Shown here piece after piece: positions 13,300-25,725 of a DNA stretch of 64,000 bases. The position numbers were made by a program, and so were the translations under genes. The notes below the pieces were generated by a model. It did no database searches. It worked only from the letters and a program-made list of their open reading frames with translations, and had not been told where the DNA came from. Every line of letters begins with the position of its first letter. Position 1 is the stretch's first letter. This DNA is from Octopus sinensis (lineage: Eukaryota). The DNA lies in contig NC_043004.1 in the NCBI RefSeq assembly GCF_006345805.1, positions 39,742,001 through 39,806,000 of the forward strand, given 5' to 3'.

Positions 13300-14150
13300 T
13301 AGTTCACCTATCTCAAAACGTCTTGTTATGAAAGGCATTTTCAATTGTTAAAACAATTCCACCAAAAATGCCTTCATCGCATTTTAAACATTAAATGGAG
13401 TTCTTTTAATCCAAACACGGATATCCTTGCATCTGCTGGCATCACTTCAATTAAAGCTATGATTTTTAATGAATCAAATGAGATGGTGTAGCCATATTGT
13501 TCGAATGGCAGATGAACGTATGCCAAATCAGCTGTTTTATGGTGAGCTTGCAGAGGGGAAACGCTATCGGCGTAAACCTAAAGAATAGGTTTAAGGACAG
13601 AATAAGGACTTTTATGAAGTTGCTTGGTATAGATCCAGGAGACATAGAAACCCTTGCTGCGGAGGATCGAGTTGGAAGGTGAACAATAGTGTGGAGTGGA
13701 GTGAAAACATTTGAAGAGGCCAGGATAACGCAAGTAAGACTCAAAAGAGATCTAAGGAAGAATATTACGATGGAGAAGGTGAATGACAATGACCTTTTTG
13801 TGTGCACAGTTTGTGACAGACCATGCCTTTCTTTTGCTGGGCTCAAATCTCATTTGCGAATCCATGTAAAACAGACCTCCACCAACTATACTACATGTAT
13901 GTCTGTGCACACCTTTGAATGCAGAGTATGCCAGAAAGTTTTCAAATCTAGCAGAGGCCTCAAAAGACAGTTTAAGATCTACAAAGATCAAAACTTATCT
14001 GAAGCGCTTGGTAGTCCAAATCGCATGTGCAATCTATGTGGGTGTCTTTTCAGAACATTGTCTTGATTAAAAAGCCACATCAGATGCCACGATGGCGCGA
14101 AGGTGTAGGTACAGGAGGTGATCAAACTCTGCATAAGGAGTAGACAATCA
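13300..14150 (+). mobile_element. Decayed 3' fragment of an RTE-clade (BovB-like) LINE with three C2H2 fingers
   Basis: Translates across frames to FHQKCLHRILNIKW, QMRWCSHIVRMADERMPNQLFYGEL, CTVCDRPCLSFAGLKSHLRIH, CRVCQKVF, CNLCGCLF; stops and frameshifts present. Confidence 0.85.
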
Positions 14151-14257
14151 CCATGTATATGTGTGTGTGTGTGTGTGCGTGTGTGCGTGTATGTATGTAG
14201 TATGTATGTGTGTATGTATGTATGTATGTATGTATGTATAATATATGGAATATGTAA

Positions 14258-14460
14258 GGCGGCGAGCTGTCAGAAACTTTAGCACGCTTAGCGGTATTTC
14301 GTCTGTCTTTACGTTCTGAGTTCGAATTCCGCCGTGGTCGACTTTGCCTTTCATCCTTACGTGGTCTATAAATTAAGTACCAGTTGCGTACTGGGTCGAT
14401 CTAATCGACTGGTTCCCTCCCCTGAAAATTTCAGGCCTTGTGCCAAGAGTAGAAAACAAT
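14258..14460 (+). mobile_element. SINE family A, tail A2, 16-bp TSD
   Basis: ggcggcgagctg head, B box gttcgaattcc; TSD atatatggaatatgta at 14241-14256 and 14459-14474. Confidence 0.88.
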
Positions 14461-14480
14461 ATATGGAATATGTACATATA

Positions 14481-14908
14481 TACTCTTTACTCTTTACTCT
14501 TTTACTCTTTTACTTGTTTCAGTCATTTGACTGCGGCCATGCTGGAGCACCGCCTTTGGTCGATCAAATCGACCCCGGGACTTATTCTTTGTAAGCCCAG
14601 TACTTATTCTATCGATCTCTTTTTGCCGAACCGCTAAGTAACGGGGACGTAAACACACCAACATCGGTTGTCAAGCAATGCTAGGGGGACAAACACAGAC
14701 ACACAAACACACACACATACATATATATATATATACATATATACGACAGGCTTCTTTCAGTTTCCGTCTACCAAATCCACTCACAAGGCATTGGTCGGCC
14801 CGGGGCTATAGCAGAAGACACTTGCCCAAGATGCCACGCAGTGGAACTGAACCCGGAACCATGTGGTTGGTTAGCAAGCTTCTTACCACACAGCCACGCC
14901 TGTGTGCG
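14481..14908 (-). mobile_element. SINE family B (about 400 bp, internal TA/TG microsatellite, (TAAAAGAG)n-type tail)
   Basis: Reverse complement of consensus tggctgtgtggtaag...gggttcagtccc...gcggtgctccagcatggccgcagtcaaatgactgaaacaagtaaaagag. Confidence 0.88.
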
Positions 14909-14926
14909 TATATCAATATATATGTG

Positions 14927-14958
<32 letters not shown>

Positions 14959-14995
14959 CGAGTAGTATATGTATACATGTATGTATGTATATTCA

Positions 14996-15047
<52 letters not shown>

Positions 15048-16268
15048 ATATATATATTTTATTATATCATATATATATATTATATTAATCATATATATAT
15101 ATAATTAATATATAATACGCACTTAATCAACCAATCGCCCACACCCTGCTCGGCATCCGTACATATACAAACGTATGCTGAGATCTATATCACGAGTAAT
15201 TTAAGAAAACATGAGTATTGAATCTATTATAGAATAACACTTCCTGTGTTTATACTGAAGTTGCAATTCCTTCAATATAAATACAGAAACATTGGTTGTA
15301 TCGTATATTTGCAATAGGAATTCACCGATGAATGCAACTTTTCACTTGACGACATTGCCAGATTTGGAGAGATAAAAGATGTTTAGCAATATATATACGA
15401 TGATTGATTTCAGTTGACGTGATATTCTGACATGGCATTTCAACTTTTAGATAAATTCTGAAGCGTATGAAAGAGTTTAGAATTACCATACGTTTCGTTT
15501 ATGAAATCACTGGTGTTTGGGGGGGTGTTGTAGACAAGTGTATCTGCATGTATAAATGTATTTGTGTGGATGTGAGTGGACGTGTGTTTATATTTTCTCT
15601 TGTATATATAAGTGCGATTTTCTATGTTTGTGTCTCTGTATCTGAGTGCGTAATAGAAGTAACTTCAACGTTCTCAGAGCTATACATGCTATTATTGTGT
15701 TCTGGCATTGGCACAAAGCGTCGACTTTTGGAGAATGAAAATAGTTGATTACTGTTTAGAACATCGTTTCACGACCGCGTAACTCTGAGTTCGATCCTTT
15801 TGTGTCCCCTGGTTGACCAATATTCAGTTTATGCAGAATATGGAAACCGGAATCCGTATGGAACACTAATCGTGTGTATATATTTTTTATTTGTTTTCGG
15901 CACCGCTTGAAGGGTTTAGTCGAACAAACTGGCTCCAGTACTTATTGTTTTCAAGCCTGGTGCTTATTCTGTCGTTATTTTCACCAAACCACTAAGTGAC
16001 GAGGACGAAAACAAACCAACAACGGTTTTCAAGCAATGGAGGTGGGACAAAGATACATACATACATACATACATACATATCAAATCCAGCATTGTAGATA
16101 GTGTCCTGACACAGTCGCAGTTCAATGACTTAAACCAATAAAAGAGTAAAAGAATGTTTGGTTGATTATACAACCTCGTCTCAACACAATATTGGTTCAG
16201 TGGCAATAGATGAACTTATTGTTAAGAACTAGTTTGGTGATTAGTGTGGGAAAAGACGTTAACTCTGC

Positions 16269-16332
<64 letters not shown>

Positions 16333-17349
16333 ATCTCTAATGCTACGAACATCGTAGTTATGTGTTTGTGTCAAATCAGAATAATTCATTAAAAAGAAAA
16401 TTAATTTAAATTTACTTTGTCTCGAGTAATAAACCTTTCCATTGTTGATTTGACTAATTAACGTCCATTAATGTATGGCTGTCGAATCTATAGACTCTAC
16501 CACTTGTTTTAAAAGCTATAGCTTTCTTGTACAGTGAAAACCATTATTATATATTACATGGCGGAAGGTAGTGACGTTACAACAGATAAGGTTATGAAAT
16601 ACTCCCTTGTATAAATAGTAGAGCGTCGAACAAAATAGCTTAGGAGATATGGTTATGTCCCTTTATATCGTGTGTTCCTAATCTTGTTCAAGAATACTTT
16701 GCCTTCCATCCTTCTGAAGCAGACAAGATAATTATTTATTCGCCAAAAACAAAGGAAAAGAATAAGTACAAGGATCGGTATAATCGACTTTTGCACACAT
16801 TTGAAATAATTAGCTTTTCTGTATAGTCAGAACAAAAATTATTGATTTATTAAATCAGGACACTTTAAGCTACAAAATCCTAACAGATAAGAAGATAAAA
16901 TCTGAAAGCCACGAGAGGATGTCATAAAAGGATTTCTTAATACTGTGGAACAGTTAACATGGAACAGTTACTATGACTGTAATATATGAAACAAAAGTAT
17001 TATACATAAAAATAGTTTACATTAAGAAATTATTTTGATATGGCCAAAGATGATACGTGGGTGTTCTACATGCTAGAAATAGGGGTCAAACTTCCCTCAT
17101 ATACACCTTATAAGCTTACAAAAAAAAAGTGGGGCAGATACATTTGGATAATGAGGTACTATATATTGTGCCATAGCAGGAAACGGAATGGCTGCGGCTG
17201 GAGTGCATGTATTTTATCTTAGACTGATACACAGAAAAAGAGAGTAATGAAGACTGACAGACAGGTAGATAGATAGATAGATAGGTACATGTATGCATGT
17301 AAAAGATACATACATATATACATACATACATACATACATACATACATAA

Positions 17350-17600
17350 AAATTGACTCGGATTCTCCAAATCCAATCTATTAGTGGCACAATGAAGATT
17401 TGCAAGACATTGCAAAAATTCTCCATCTGAGATTCTTATGTGAATAGATGCACTTACTTGGGTGTATGCATCGACAGCTCAACCAGCATACCAACTCAAC
17501 TCCATGTTTGCAAACACCAGGAACTCTCTTAACTCAAAAAGTCTTGTCGCTTTGTTAGCGACCGGCTTGAACTCTCTCAAGAACTTAAATGAAATTCAAG
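17350..17600 (+). repeat. Unclassified dispersed repeat; diverged inverted copy at about 52490-52740
   Basis: tgtcgctttgttagcgaccggcttgaactctctcaagaactt and attctccatctgagattcttatgtgaata recur as reverse complements near 52500-52700. Confidence 0.65.
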
Positions 17601-17699
17601 GAAAACTCATGCATACATGGGAGAAAAAGAGAAAGTCTATAGCGAATAAATGAGAAATCTATGGCCCTCATATACAGATTATAGATTTTCATTTTGTCC

Positions 17700-17915
17700 A
17701 TATTCCTTTCTACTATAGGCACAAGACCCGAAATGTTCGGGGAGGGAGCCAGTCCATTAGATTGACCCCAGTACGCAACTGGTACTTAATTTATCGACCC
17801 CGAAAGGATGAAAGGCAAAGTCGACCTCGGCTGAATTTGAACTCAGAACGCAAAGACAAACGAAATACCGCTAAACATTTCGCCCGGCGTGCTAACGTTT
17901 CTGCCAGTTCGCCGC
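17700..17915 (-). mobile_element. SINE family A, tail A2
   Basis: Reverse complement of the family consensus. Confidence 0.85.
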
Positions 17916-17949
17916 TTCATTTTATCCATGTTATCAAAGGTGTACTGGA

Positions 17950-18174
17950 GGTAAAAAAACAACAACATTCTGTGCCGTATGAATATGTCCCTCGTTTAAG
18001 AAACAGATTGGGTTTATTTACATTTGTGAAGAAAAAAAGATACCCTTCCCCCCACCCCTAACCCTAACCCCAAAACAGATTGAAATGCAATAGATCGATA
18101 CTAGGGTCATAATTATGGGTGACAATTTCATATGACACCGCTAGAAAAAAACTGCCGTTCAAACCGAAAGATCC
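17950..18174 (-). mobile_element. Partial copy of the GGATC-TIR MITE
   Basis: Ends in aaactgccgttcaaaccgaaagatcc; internal (CCCTAA)n; other TIR missing. Confidence 0.8.
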
Positions 18175-18552
18175 GAAACTTGACCTAATTAATCCATTAT
18201 TCTGTTGTTTTCTTACATCCATTGCCCCCTTTTGGCCCCACCATTATTATTCCACTGTTCTCCAACGCTTTCCTGGATCTTCCCAGGGTTGGATGGGGAA
18301 TGCAGTACTGCTCACATTAGGAACCATTGCTCTAAATGCAATCAGTAATGAAGTGAAAATTTACAGCACACTCCCGAGTTTCTCCATTTGAGTTTTCTTG
18401 AATAACGATATGCACACAAATGCATACACATATGGATATGCAGATGCATATACGTAATAAAACATACATACTTGCGTACTAAAGTGACACGGACACCAAT
18501 TATACGAGATCAAGTTTATTCACACATACACCTACATATATGTATGTAGTAG

Positions 18553-18875
18553 TGAGGGCGCGTGGCTTAGTGGTTAGGGTATTCGGCTCATGATCGTAAG
18601 GTTGTGAGTTCGATTCCCGGCGACGCGTTGTGTCCTTGAGCAAGACACTTCATTTCACGTTGCTCCAGTCTACTCAGCTGGCAAAAATGAGTTGTACTTG
18701 TATTTCAAAGGGTCAGCCTTGTCACTCTCTGTGTCACGCTGATTATCCCCGAGAACTACGTTAAGGGTACACGTGTCTGTGGAATGCTCAGCCATTTGCA
18801 CGTTAATTTCACGAGCAAGCTGTTCCGTTGATCGTATCAGCTGGGACCCTCGTCGTCGTAACCGGCGGAGTCTTT
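18553..18875 (+). mobile_element. SINE family C, tail type C2
   Basis: gggcgcgtggcttagtggttagg head, gttcgattcc B box, shared core, tail ...gatcgtatcagctgggaccctcgtcgtcgtaacc. Confidence 0.85.
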
Positions 18876-18987
18876 TATATGTATATAGTAACTCATTCGT
18901 ATATTAAAAAATCCCAGGCACTGCTTTGACTCCAACAAGATCCTTGTTATGTACTGACTGGCCTGAATTCTCCATATATATATATAT

Positions 18988-19251
18988 ATCTGTAAAATAA
19001 TATGTGACAATTATTCAATGGCCAAGATAAAACTCTGAGTTTCGGATGCCGAGGTGGAAATCCACAACACCATCTCGGCATCCGAAACTCAGAGTTTTAT
19101 CTTGGTTATTGAATAATTGTCACATATTATTTTACAGATAAATTTCCTCTATTTACATAATATCTATTTACATAATATCTATTTACATAATTTCCTCTAT
19201 TTACATAATAAGAGGTCTCTTTCTTTCTTTCGTTATCTTACCGTTTTTACC
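18988..19251. mobile_element. Foldback (TA)n-inserted element, internally deleted copy of the family at 39520-39842
   Basis: Inverted arms of about 67 bp (18988-19054 and 19073-19139), then an asymmetric tail homologous to 39770-39842; TA tracts on both sides. Confidence 0.8.
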
Positions 19252-19255
19252 ATAT

Positions 19256-19307
<52 letters not shown>

Positions 19308-19677
19308 ATATATATACTTATATGCTTCAATGTATACATATATATGTACATACCCATATTCATACATTAATAGTTATGTCGTATACATACAACTTTATGT
19401 ATATATACATGCAGTTAAGTCTAAAACTTAGACAAACGCCATGCGTTTGTTATACATAAATATGTTTCATATATACACACATACATGTATATATGCACAA
19501 ATAGACAAATGTATACAAAGATGCGTAGATGCATATACACATGTATGCATTCATACATACGTGCATACAGACATATAGACATATATGCATGCATACATAC
19601 TTTCATACATGCATACATACGTTAATACATACATACATACATACATACATACATACATACATACATAGATGCAAAAA

Positions 19678-19930
19678 TAAATGCGCCCTTTTAAAGCCTT
19701 GCCAGGCTCATGGACCCGGTTTCCCGGTTTCAATGGCGTATGTGTTCCCCAGCTGGACGGAACGCCAGTCCATCGCAGCGTTACTCATTTTTGCCAGCTG
19801 AGTGGACTGGAGAAACGTGAAATGAAGTGTTTTGCTCAAGAACACAACGCGTCGCTTGGTCCAGGAATCGAAGCCACAATCTTAGGATCACGATGCTGAC
19901 ACCCTAACCACTAAGCCACGCGCCTCCACA
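19678..19930 (-). mobile_element. SINE family C, tail type C3
   Basis: Reverse complement matches 35722-35975, including aaaccgggaaaccgg...ttaaaagggcgcattta. Confidence 0.82.
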
Positions 19931-20401
19931 CATACATACATAGTTGACTTAAAACCTAGGTAAACGACATGAGTTTATGACACATAAATCATGTTCGGGT
20001 AAGGTAATTAACTCGATAGAAAAGCGTTAGTGTATCTTAATTATGAGGGAAATACAATGACTAAATAACAACAACAACAAAGATTACGACGAAGAACACG
20101 ACGATGGCTGTGGCTGTGGCGGTGGTGGCGGTGGCGGTGGTGGTGGCGACCGCTGATGAGATTAATGTTTCTTTTTACACGTTAATGAACAACAACGATG
20201 TGACAAATGAGAAGCAATAGCCACCAAAGCAGTATTATATGTATATATTTCTTTGATTTTTTTTTTTTTTTTTTCATGTTCGTTAACAAAGTAATTACTC
20301 TCTTGCTAACGACGGCTTTAAGCTTTGTTGCTCCATAACAACCGAAAGAACATTATGAAATAACATAAAGACATATGTTACTTCATAACAGAAAAAAATA
20401 A

Positions 20402-20758
20402 TGGCTGTGTGGTAAGTAGCTTGCTAACCAACCACACGGTTGCGGGTTCAGTCCCACTGCGTGGCATCTTGGGCAAGTGTCTTCTGCTATAGCCCCGGGC
20501 CGACCAATGCCTTGGGAGTGGATTTGGTAGACGGAAACTGAAAGAAGCCTGTCTTATATATGTATATATATGTATATGTGTGTGTGTTTGTGTGTCTGTG
20601 TTTGTCCCCCTAGCATTGCTTGACAACCGATGCTGGTGTGCTTAGGTCCCCGTCACTTAGCGGTTCGGCAAAAAGAGACCGATAGAATAAGTACTAAAAA
20701 GGCGGTGCTCCAGCATGGCCGCAGTCAAATGACTGAAACAAGTAAAAGAGTAAAAGAG
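20402..20758 (+). mobile_element. SINE family B
   Basis: Consensus head, internal TA/TG microsatellite, tail gactgaaacaagtaaaagagtaaaagag. Confidence 0.88.
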
Positions 20759-20769
20759 AATAATAATAA

Positions 20770-21325
20770 ATGCCCTGATGCAGTACCAGGCAGTGGCTCT
20801 CATGGCTTCTGATCTTAACTGATTGGAAGTGTTATCATGTACATTGTTTTGTCTTGGTATAAAAGATGGGCTACAGCAAATATTCTGCTCAATACCACAG
20901 ATTTGCTTGTCAGTTGTTTGACTTTAACCAGTTGAGCATGTCCCTTAGTGGCTGATGATATGTACATCTCTGATCACGAGCAGAAGTAGTGGGGGAGCAT
21001 CATAGCCATGTGTTGAGAGGGATTCTTTGGGGTTTGAATAATTCACCTCTGGAAACATGGGTGGTTTTTTCAACATCCTTCAACAACCCTTATTCAGGGA
21101 CCGTTTGAGCGGGATGGGCTACTCAACCTGAAGAAAATTCTAACTGGGCCCCACCAGCAAGGTCATGTGCTGTTTAATTTGATATGAGATCACTATGTCG
21201 CGCACATATGGTTGTGATGCATGTGCCTGGTATACCCTTATCAGACGGGTAGTCATGATGGGTATATTGAGCTTCGTATATTTTACCCCAGTGTCACTTT
21301 GATGGCATGAACTGCTCTCTCACTC

Positions 21326-21363
<38 letters not shown>
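20770..21363 (+). mobile_element. Probable LINE 3' UTR or long SINE ending in (AAT)n; diverged inverted copy at about 25180-25350
   Basis: Terminates in (AAT)10-like tail; 20880-21035 recurs as a reverse complement near 25180-25350; no ORF, clade not assignable. Confidence 0.55.
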
Positions 21364-21366
<3 letters not shown>

Positions 21367-21862
21367 AACGATTTGAGCCAATTGTGCGACAGACCACACT
21401 TTAGTGTATCAAAGATAAAAAGACACTGAAGGACGTTAGACACCATAGTCTGAGATGTGTCTGAATAGAAGACGCGGTTAATTTCAATTGTAGCTTCTGC
21501 TGCTTCTAGATTTTAAGACTTGTGTCTTAAAATAGTTACTACTTACATAATTGATGGTTTTTTTCTTCTTTTTAATACGTTGGTGATTCCCTTCACGACG
21601 TTCTTAGCTATTTAAATCACCAATATTTTTTTGAAAAACTTGAATGATACAAAGCCTAAATTCCTATTTTACCAACTCTTAATACAATTTGCATGTATGA
21701 ATATATATATAATAACTAGCAAACGCACCCGTCCTTTAGACGGTTTAAGTTGCTTTCGTGGTATTTTTTTCACCAAATAATTTAACTACCGAGAAGGTTT
21801 ATGTGTATCATGGCAATCTGTTTCCGATTTAATAAGGCGGAGCAATTGCTATATAAGGTATC

Positions 21863-22270
21863 GGATCTTTTCGGCTTGAACGGCAGTTTTTTCTAGCGGT
21901 GTGATATGAAATTGTTACCCATAATTATGACCCTAGAATCGATCTATTATATTTCAATCTGTTTTAGGGTTAGGGTTAGGGGTGGGAGGGAAGGTATTTT
22001 TTTCTTTACAAATGTAAATAAACCCAATCTGTTTCTTAAACGAGGGACATATTCATACGGCACAGAATGTTTTTTTACCTCAATAGACGTCAGTGATTGG
22101 TTGAAATTGCAGAAATTGAAGAAAAAAATATCAACAAATATCTTACAAACTATAGAATTTTCTCAATAAAGCCAAGAGAAAAAGATGTTTTATAAACACA
22201 TTCTACCAGTATACGAAGTTTAAAATTTTTTAGTTACCTAGAAATTATGTCAAAAACTGCCGTTCAAACC
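21863..22270 (+). mobile_element. GGATC-TIR MITE, right TIR damaged
   Basis: Starts ggatcttttcggcttgaacggcagttttt; body matches 44091-44522. Confidence 0.85.
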
Positions 22271-22625
22271 TAAACATTGTTCGAAACATTTCGTGCATTT
22301 CCTTACCAATGCTAACATTTTTTGTCACTATACATCGTCCAGTGATACTCACGTGCACGCGAACACGTATAAGTTTTTACCAAATCCCTTTCATTAGATA
22401 TTGATCAATATAAGGGTAATGTTAAAGTCGCTTGCTCAAGATGTGACTCTGCTCGATCAAATCATACTCGGAGTTACAATCTCTCTCTCTCTCTCATCCT
22501 CATAAATAAATTCGTTATTACACGAGCTTAACTATATATAGTGGATCGTTACCATTTCTGTAATTCCTTCATTTTTTATGTTTATTTAAATATAATAATG
22601 TTATTCTTGTTTTTATTCTTTTCAG

Positions 22626-22742
22626 CAGCGAGTCATGAGTGCGAAGGTTCAAACATTTCGTGCGGCGATGGGAAATGCATATCCCCTGAATGGCTATGTG
22701 ATCGCCAAAAAGACTGCGTCGATGGAAGTGACGAGCGAAACT
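22626..22742 (+). CDS. Exon: LDL-receptor class A repeat 1 of an LDLa/mucin-like protein
   Basis: CEGSNISCGDGKCISPEWLCDRQKDCVDGSDERN(C); polypyrimidine tttcag acceptor (tandem CAGCAG), GTATGT donor; 117 nt, phase 1-1; final Cys completed by T plus GT of the next exon. Confidence 0.9.
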
Positions 22743-22899
22743 GTATGTATTACCGTTACAATTGCTTATTTTTATTACTTCTTGTTAATTACTAAGTACG
22801 TGGTAATTAATTTAGCCACTCAAGTCCGCTTAAAAACAAACAGTCTCGAATTTCTTCGTCGTCTTAATTCTAAGTACTCCTGCCGAGTATTGACACTCC

Positions 22900-23220
22900 A
22901 CCTGTCGCAACGATGAGGGTTCCAATTGATCTCCGATCAACAGAAATAGCCTGCGCGTGAATGTCAAAGTGCAAGTGGCTGAGCACTCCACAGACACATG
23001 CACCCTTAATGTAGTTCTCAGGGAGATTCAGCGTGTCACAGAATGTGACAAGGCTGGCCCTTTGAATTGCAGGTACTACTCATTTTTGCCAACTCAGTGG
23101 ACTGGAGCACCGTGAAATAAAGTGTCTTGCTCAAGGACACAACGCATCGCCCCTTTTCTAACTCACGACCTTACGATCGTGAGCCGATTACCCCCTAATC
23201 ACTAAGCCAGGGGCCTTCAC
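22900..23220 (-). mobile_element. SINE family C, tail type C2
   Basis: Reverse complement homologous to 18553-18875. Confidence 0.8.
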
Positions 23221-23340
23221 TTCCTACCGAGTACGGCATATATATTTACCGATTATTCATTTTATAAAATAAAAAGTTTCAGTTTTTGGTTAATGAAAGT
23301 CTACAGGTTGACTGCTATGTTTATTAACAATAGTTCACGT

Positions 23341-24237
23341 ATATTCCGCCGAGGTCGACTTTGCCTTTCATCCTTTCGGGCTCGATTAAATAAGTTCCAG
23401 TTATGCACTGGGGTCGATGTAATCGACTTAATATCTATGTCTCTCCTTGTTTGTCCCCTCTATGTTTAGCCCCTTGTAGGTAATAAAGAAATCGAAATAG
23501 GTATTTCGTCTGCGGTTACGTTCTGAATTCAAATTCCGCCGAGGTTGACTTTGCCTTTCATCCTTTCGGGGTCGATTAAACAAGTACCAGTTACGCACTG
23601 AGGTCGATATAATCGACTTAATCCGTTTTTCTGTCCTTGTTTGTCCCCTCTGTGTTTAGCCCCTTGTGGGTAATAAAGAAATAGGTATTTCGTCTGTCTT
23701 TACGTTCTGAGTTCAAATTCCGCCGAGGTTGACTTTGCCTTTCATCCTTTCGGGGTCGATAAATTAAGTACCAGTTACGCACTGGTGTCGATGTAATCGA
23801 CTTAATACCTATGTCTGTCCTTGTTTGTCCCTTCTGTGTTTAGCCCTTTGAGGGTAGTAAAAAAATAGAAATAGGTATTTCGTCTGCAGTTACGTTCTGA
23901 ATTCAAATTCCGCCGAGGTTGACTTTGCTTTTCATCCTTTCGGGGTCGATTAAACAAGTATCAGTTACGCACTGAGGTAGATATAATCGACTTAATCCGT
24001 TTTTCTGTCCTTGTTTGTCCTCACTGTGTTTAGCCCCTTGTGGGCAGTAAAGAAATAGGTATTTCGTCTGCGGCTACGTTCTGAGTTCAAATTCCGCCGA
24101 GGTCGACTTTGCCTTTCATCTTTTCGGGGTTGATTAAATAAGTACCAGTTGTACCCTGGAGTAGATGTAATCGACTTAATCCCTTTGTCCTTGTTAGTCT
24201 CCTCTATGTTTGGCACCCTGTAGGCAATAAAGAAAGA
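23341..24237 (+). repeat. Head-to-tail array of five family A SINE bodies (about 185 bp unit, tail A1)
   Basis: Repeated gttcaaattccgccgagg...gtttagccccttgtgggtaataaagaaata units joined at ggtatttcgtctg. Confidence 0.9.
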
Positions 24238-24397
24238 AATATTTTACATATATTTACAATTCAAAATGTCCAGACTTTGCTTTCACCATTGCCCTTAATT
24301 TTTTCTCAACTGTTTCATCACCTCATAATGCTTTATACCAGCCATTTTTAATGCCACAATGTATTCACGTTTTGTTTGAGCTGCCATCTTTAATTAA

Positions 24398-24692
24398 CTC
24401 TTAAACGGCGGACATCATCAAGTGATGCACATTCGTACAATGCGGAAATCTCAAATGAATTTATTCTCACACCGGATGCAAAGGAAAGTGAATATTTTAT
24501 GGCACTTTTCGATAATGAGATTGTAATTTTTATTATGCAAGAGTCTAAGAATTATTATAGTTTTTGTACTTTTACAAAGTAAAAACAAGTATAAAAATTA
24601 CCTTGAAGAAAAAAATATTTTCTTAGATTTCTCTTTTACATTTTGCTCGTTTAGCACATAAATTCATGCAACCCTTTCCCACCGTTTAAGGG
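24398..24692 (+). mobile_element. piggyBac-derived deletion element
   Basis: TTAA at 24394-24397 and 24693-24696; imperfect TIR C(T/C)CTTAAACGG(C/T)GG; remnant EYFMALFDNEIVIFIMQESKNY resembles the piggyBac transposase N-terminal region. Confidence 0.7.
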
Positions 24693-24793
24693 TTAAGGGT
24701 TCACAATAAAATGAAAGAATCTTAAGGATCTTTATACATCATTTGCACCTATTTTTGTGAATAAGAATGTTTCAATTTATGCTTGAATAATAG

Positions 24794-24831
<38 letters not shown>

Positions 24832-25725
24832 CAAAATGAGACAAGAACGCAAAACATCCGGACAACTAGGTGATACAAAAAGGGACAACAAAACATCCAG
24901 AAAGACGATACAAATAAAAACAAAGAACGGGTCATTCGAAGCTTTTTATCCTCAGTCAATAACCGGATCATCCTCGCAATTTCGGCTGATTAATATTTTA
25001 TATATATATATATGCATGTGTGTGTGTGTGTGTGTGTAGCACCCTGTATATGTACATAACATTATCTTTCCTTCTCATATACGAATGAAGCCAGGAATTG
25101 CAATGTGTAACACAATTTTTGTACCTTAGAAAGTACGAAAAAGAGCTAATATTTCCTTCAAATTTTGCTTTCCGTATGTTTGCTCAAACCCCAAAGAATC
25201 CCTTTCAACACATGGATATAATGCTTGCCGCCACGACTCTTGCTTATGATCAGTGATGCACATGTAATGCCAGCCACTAAGTAACATATTCAAATGATAA
25301 AGCCAACTAACTGAGCAGAAAAACTGTGGTATTGAGCAGAATATATTCTATAACGATATTTCTGCTTCAGCAACTCAGCACTGAATCTGTCGAAAATGTC
25401 AAGACTATTGAAAAGATTGCAAGACGCAACGAAAATTTTAGGAAAATAAAAATAAGAAATAAGTGGAGATTTTACCAGTGGGTGTGTTAAATTATAAGGC
25501 ACAAAAAGAAAATGACTCTCCCCAAACACAACAGAATATGCTTCAACACACGAACTCACATAAAGAATCTTGCAAACCAAATCCAGAAACGAAATATATA
25601 TATATACAAAAGCACGCGCACTTTCATTTTGGGATCACCAATACTTTATTATCTCCCCAACCATGCTTGATTCTTAATTCCACAAGGTTTTTTAGTATTC
25701 TCCTTCGGTTTATTTTCTCTTATTC

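Noticed and set aside
23341-24237. Regularly spaced repeats that could be mistaken for a CRISPR array
   Set aside because: Units are about 185-bp SINE bodies with no unique spacers; eukaryotic context and no cas genes
24838-24995. TA-flanked element related to 50430-50500, with CTGA(G/A)GA...TTCGAAT on the minus strand
   Set aside because: No foldable stems I-III and GAAT instead of GAAA; not supportable as a hammerhead
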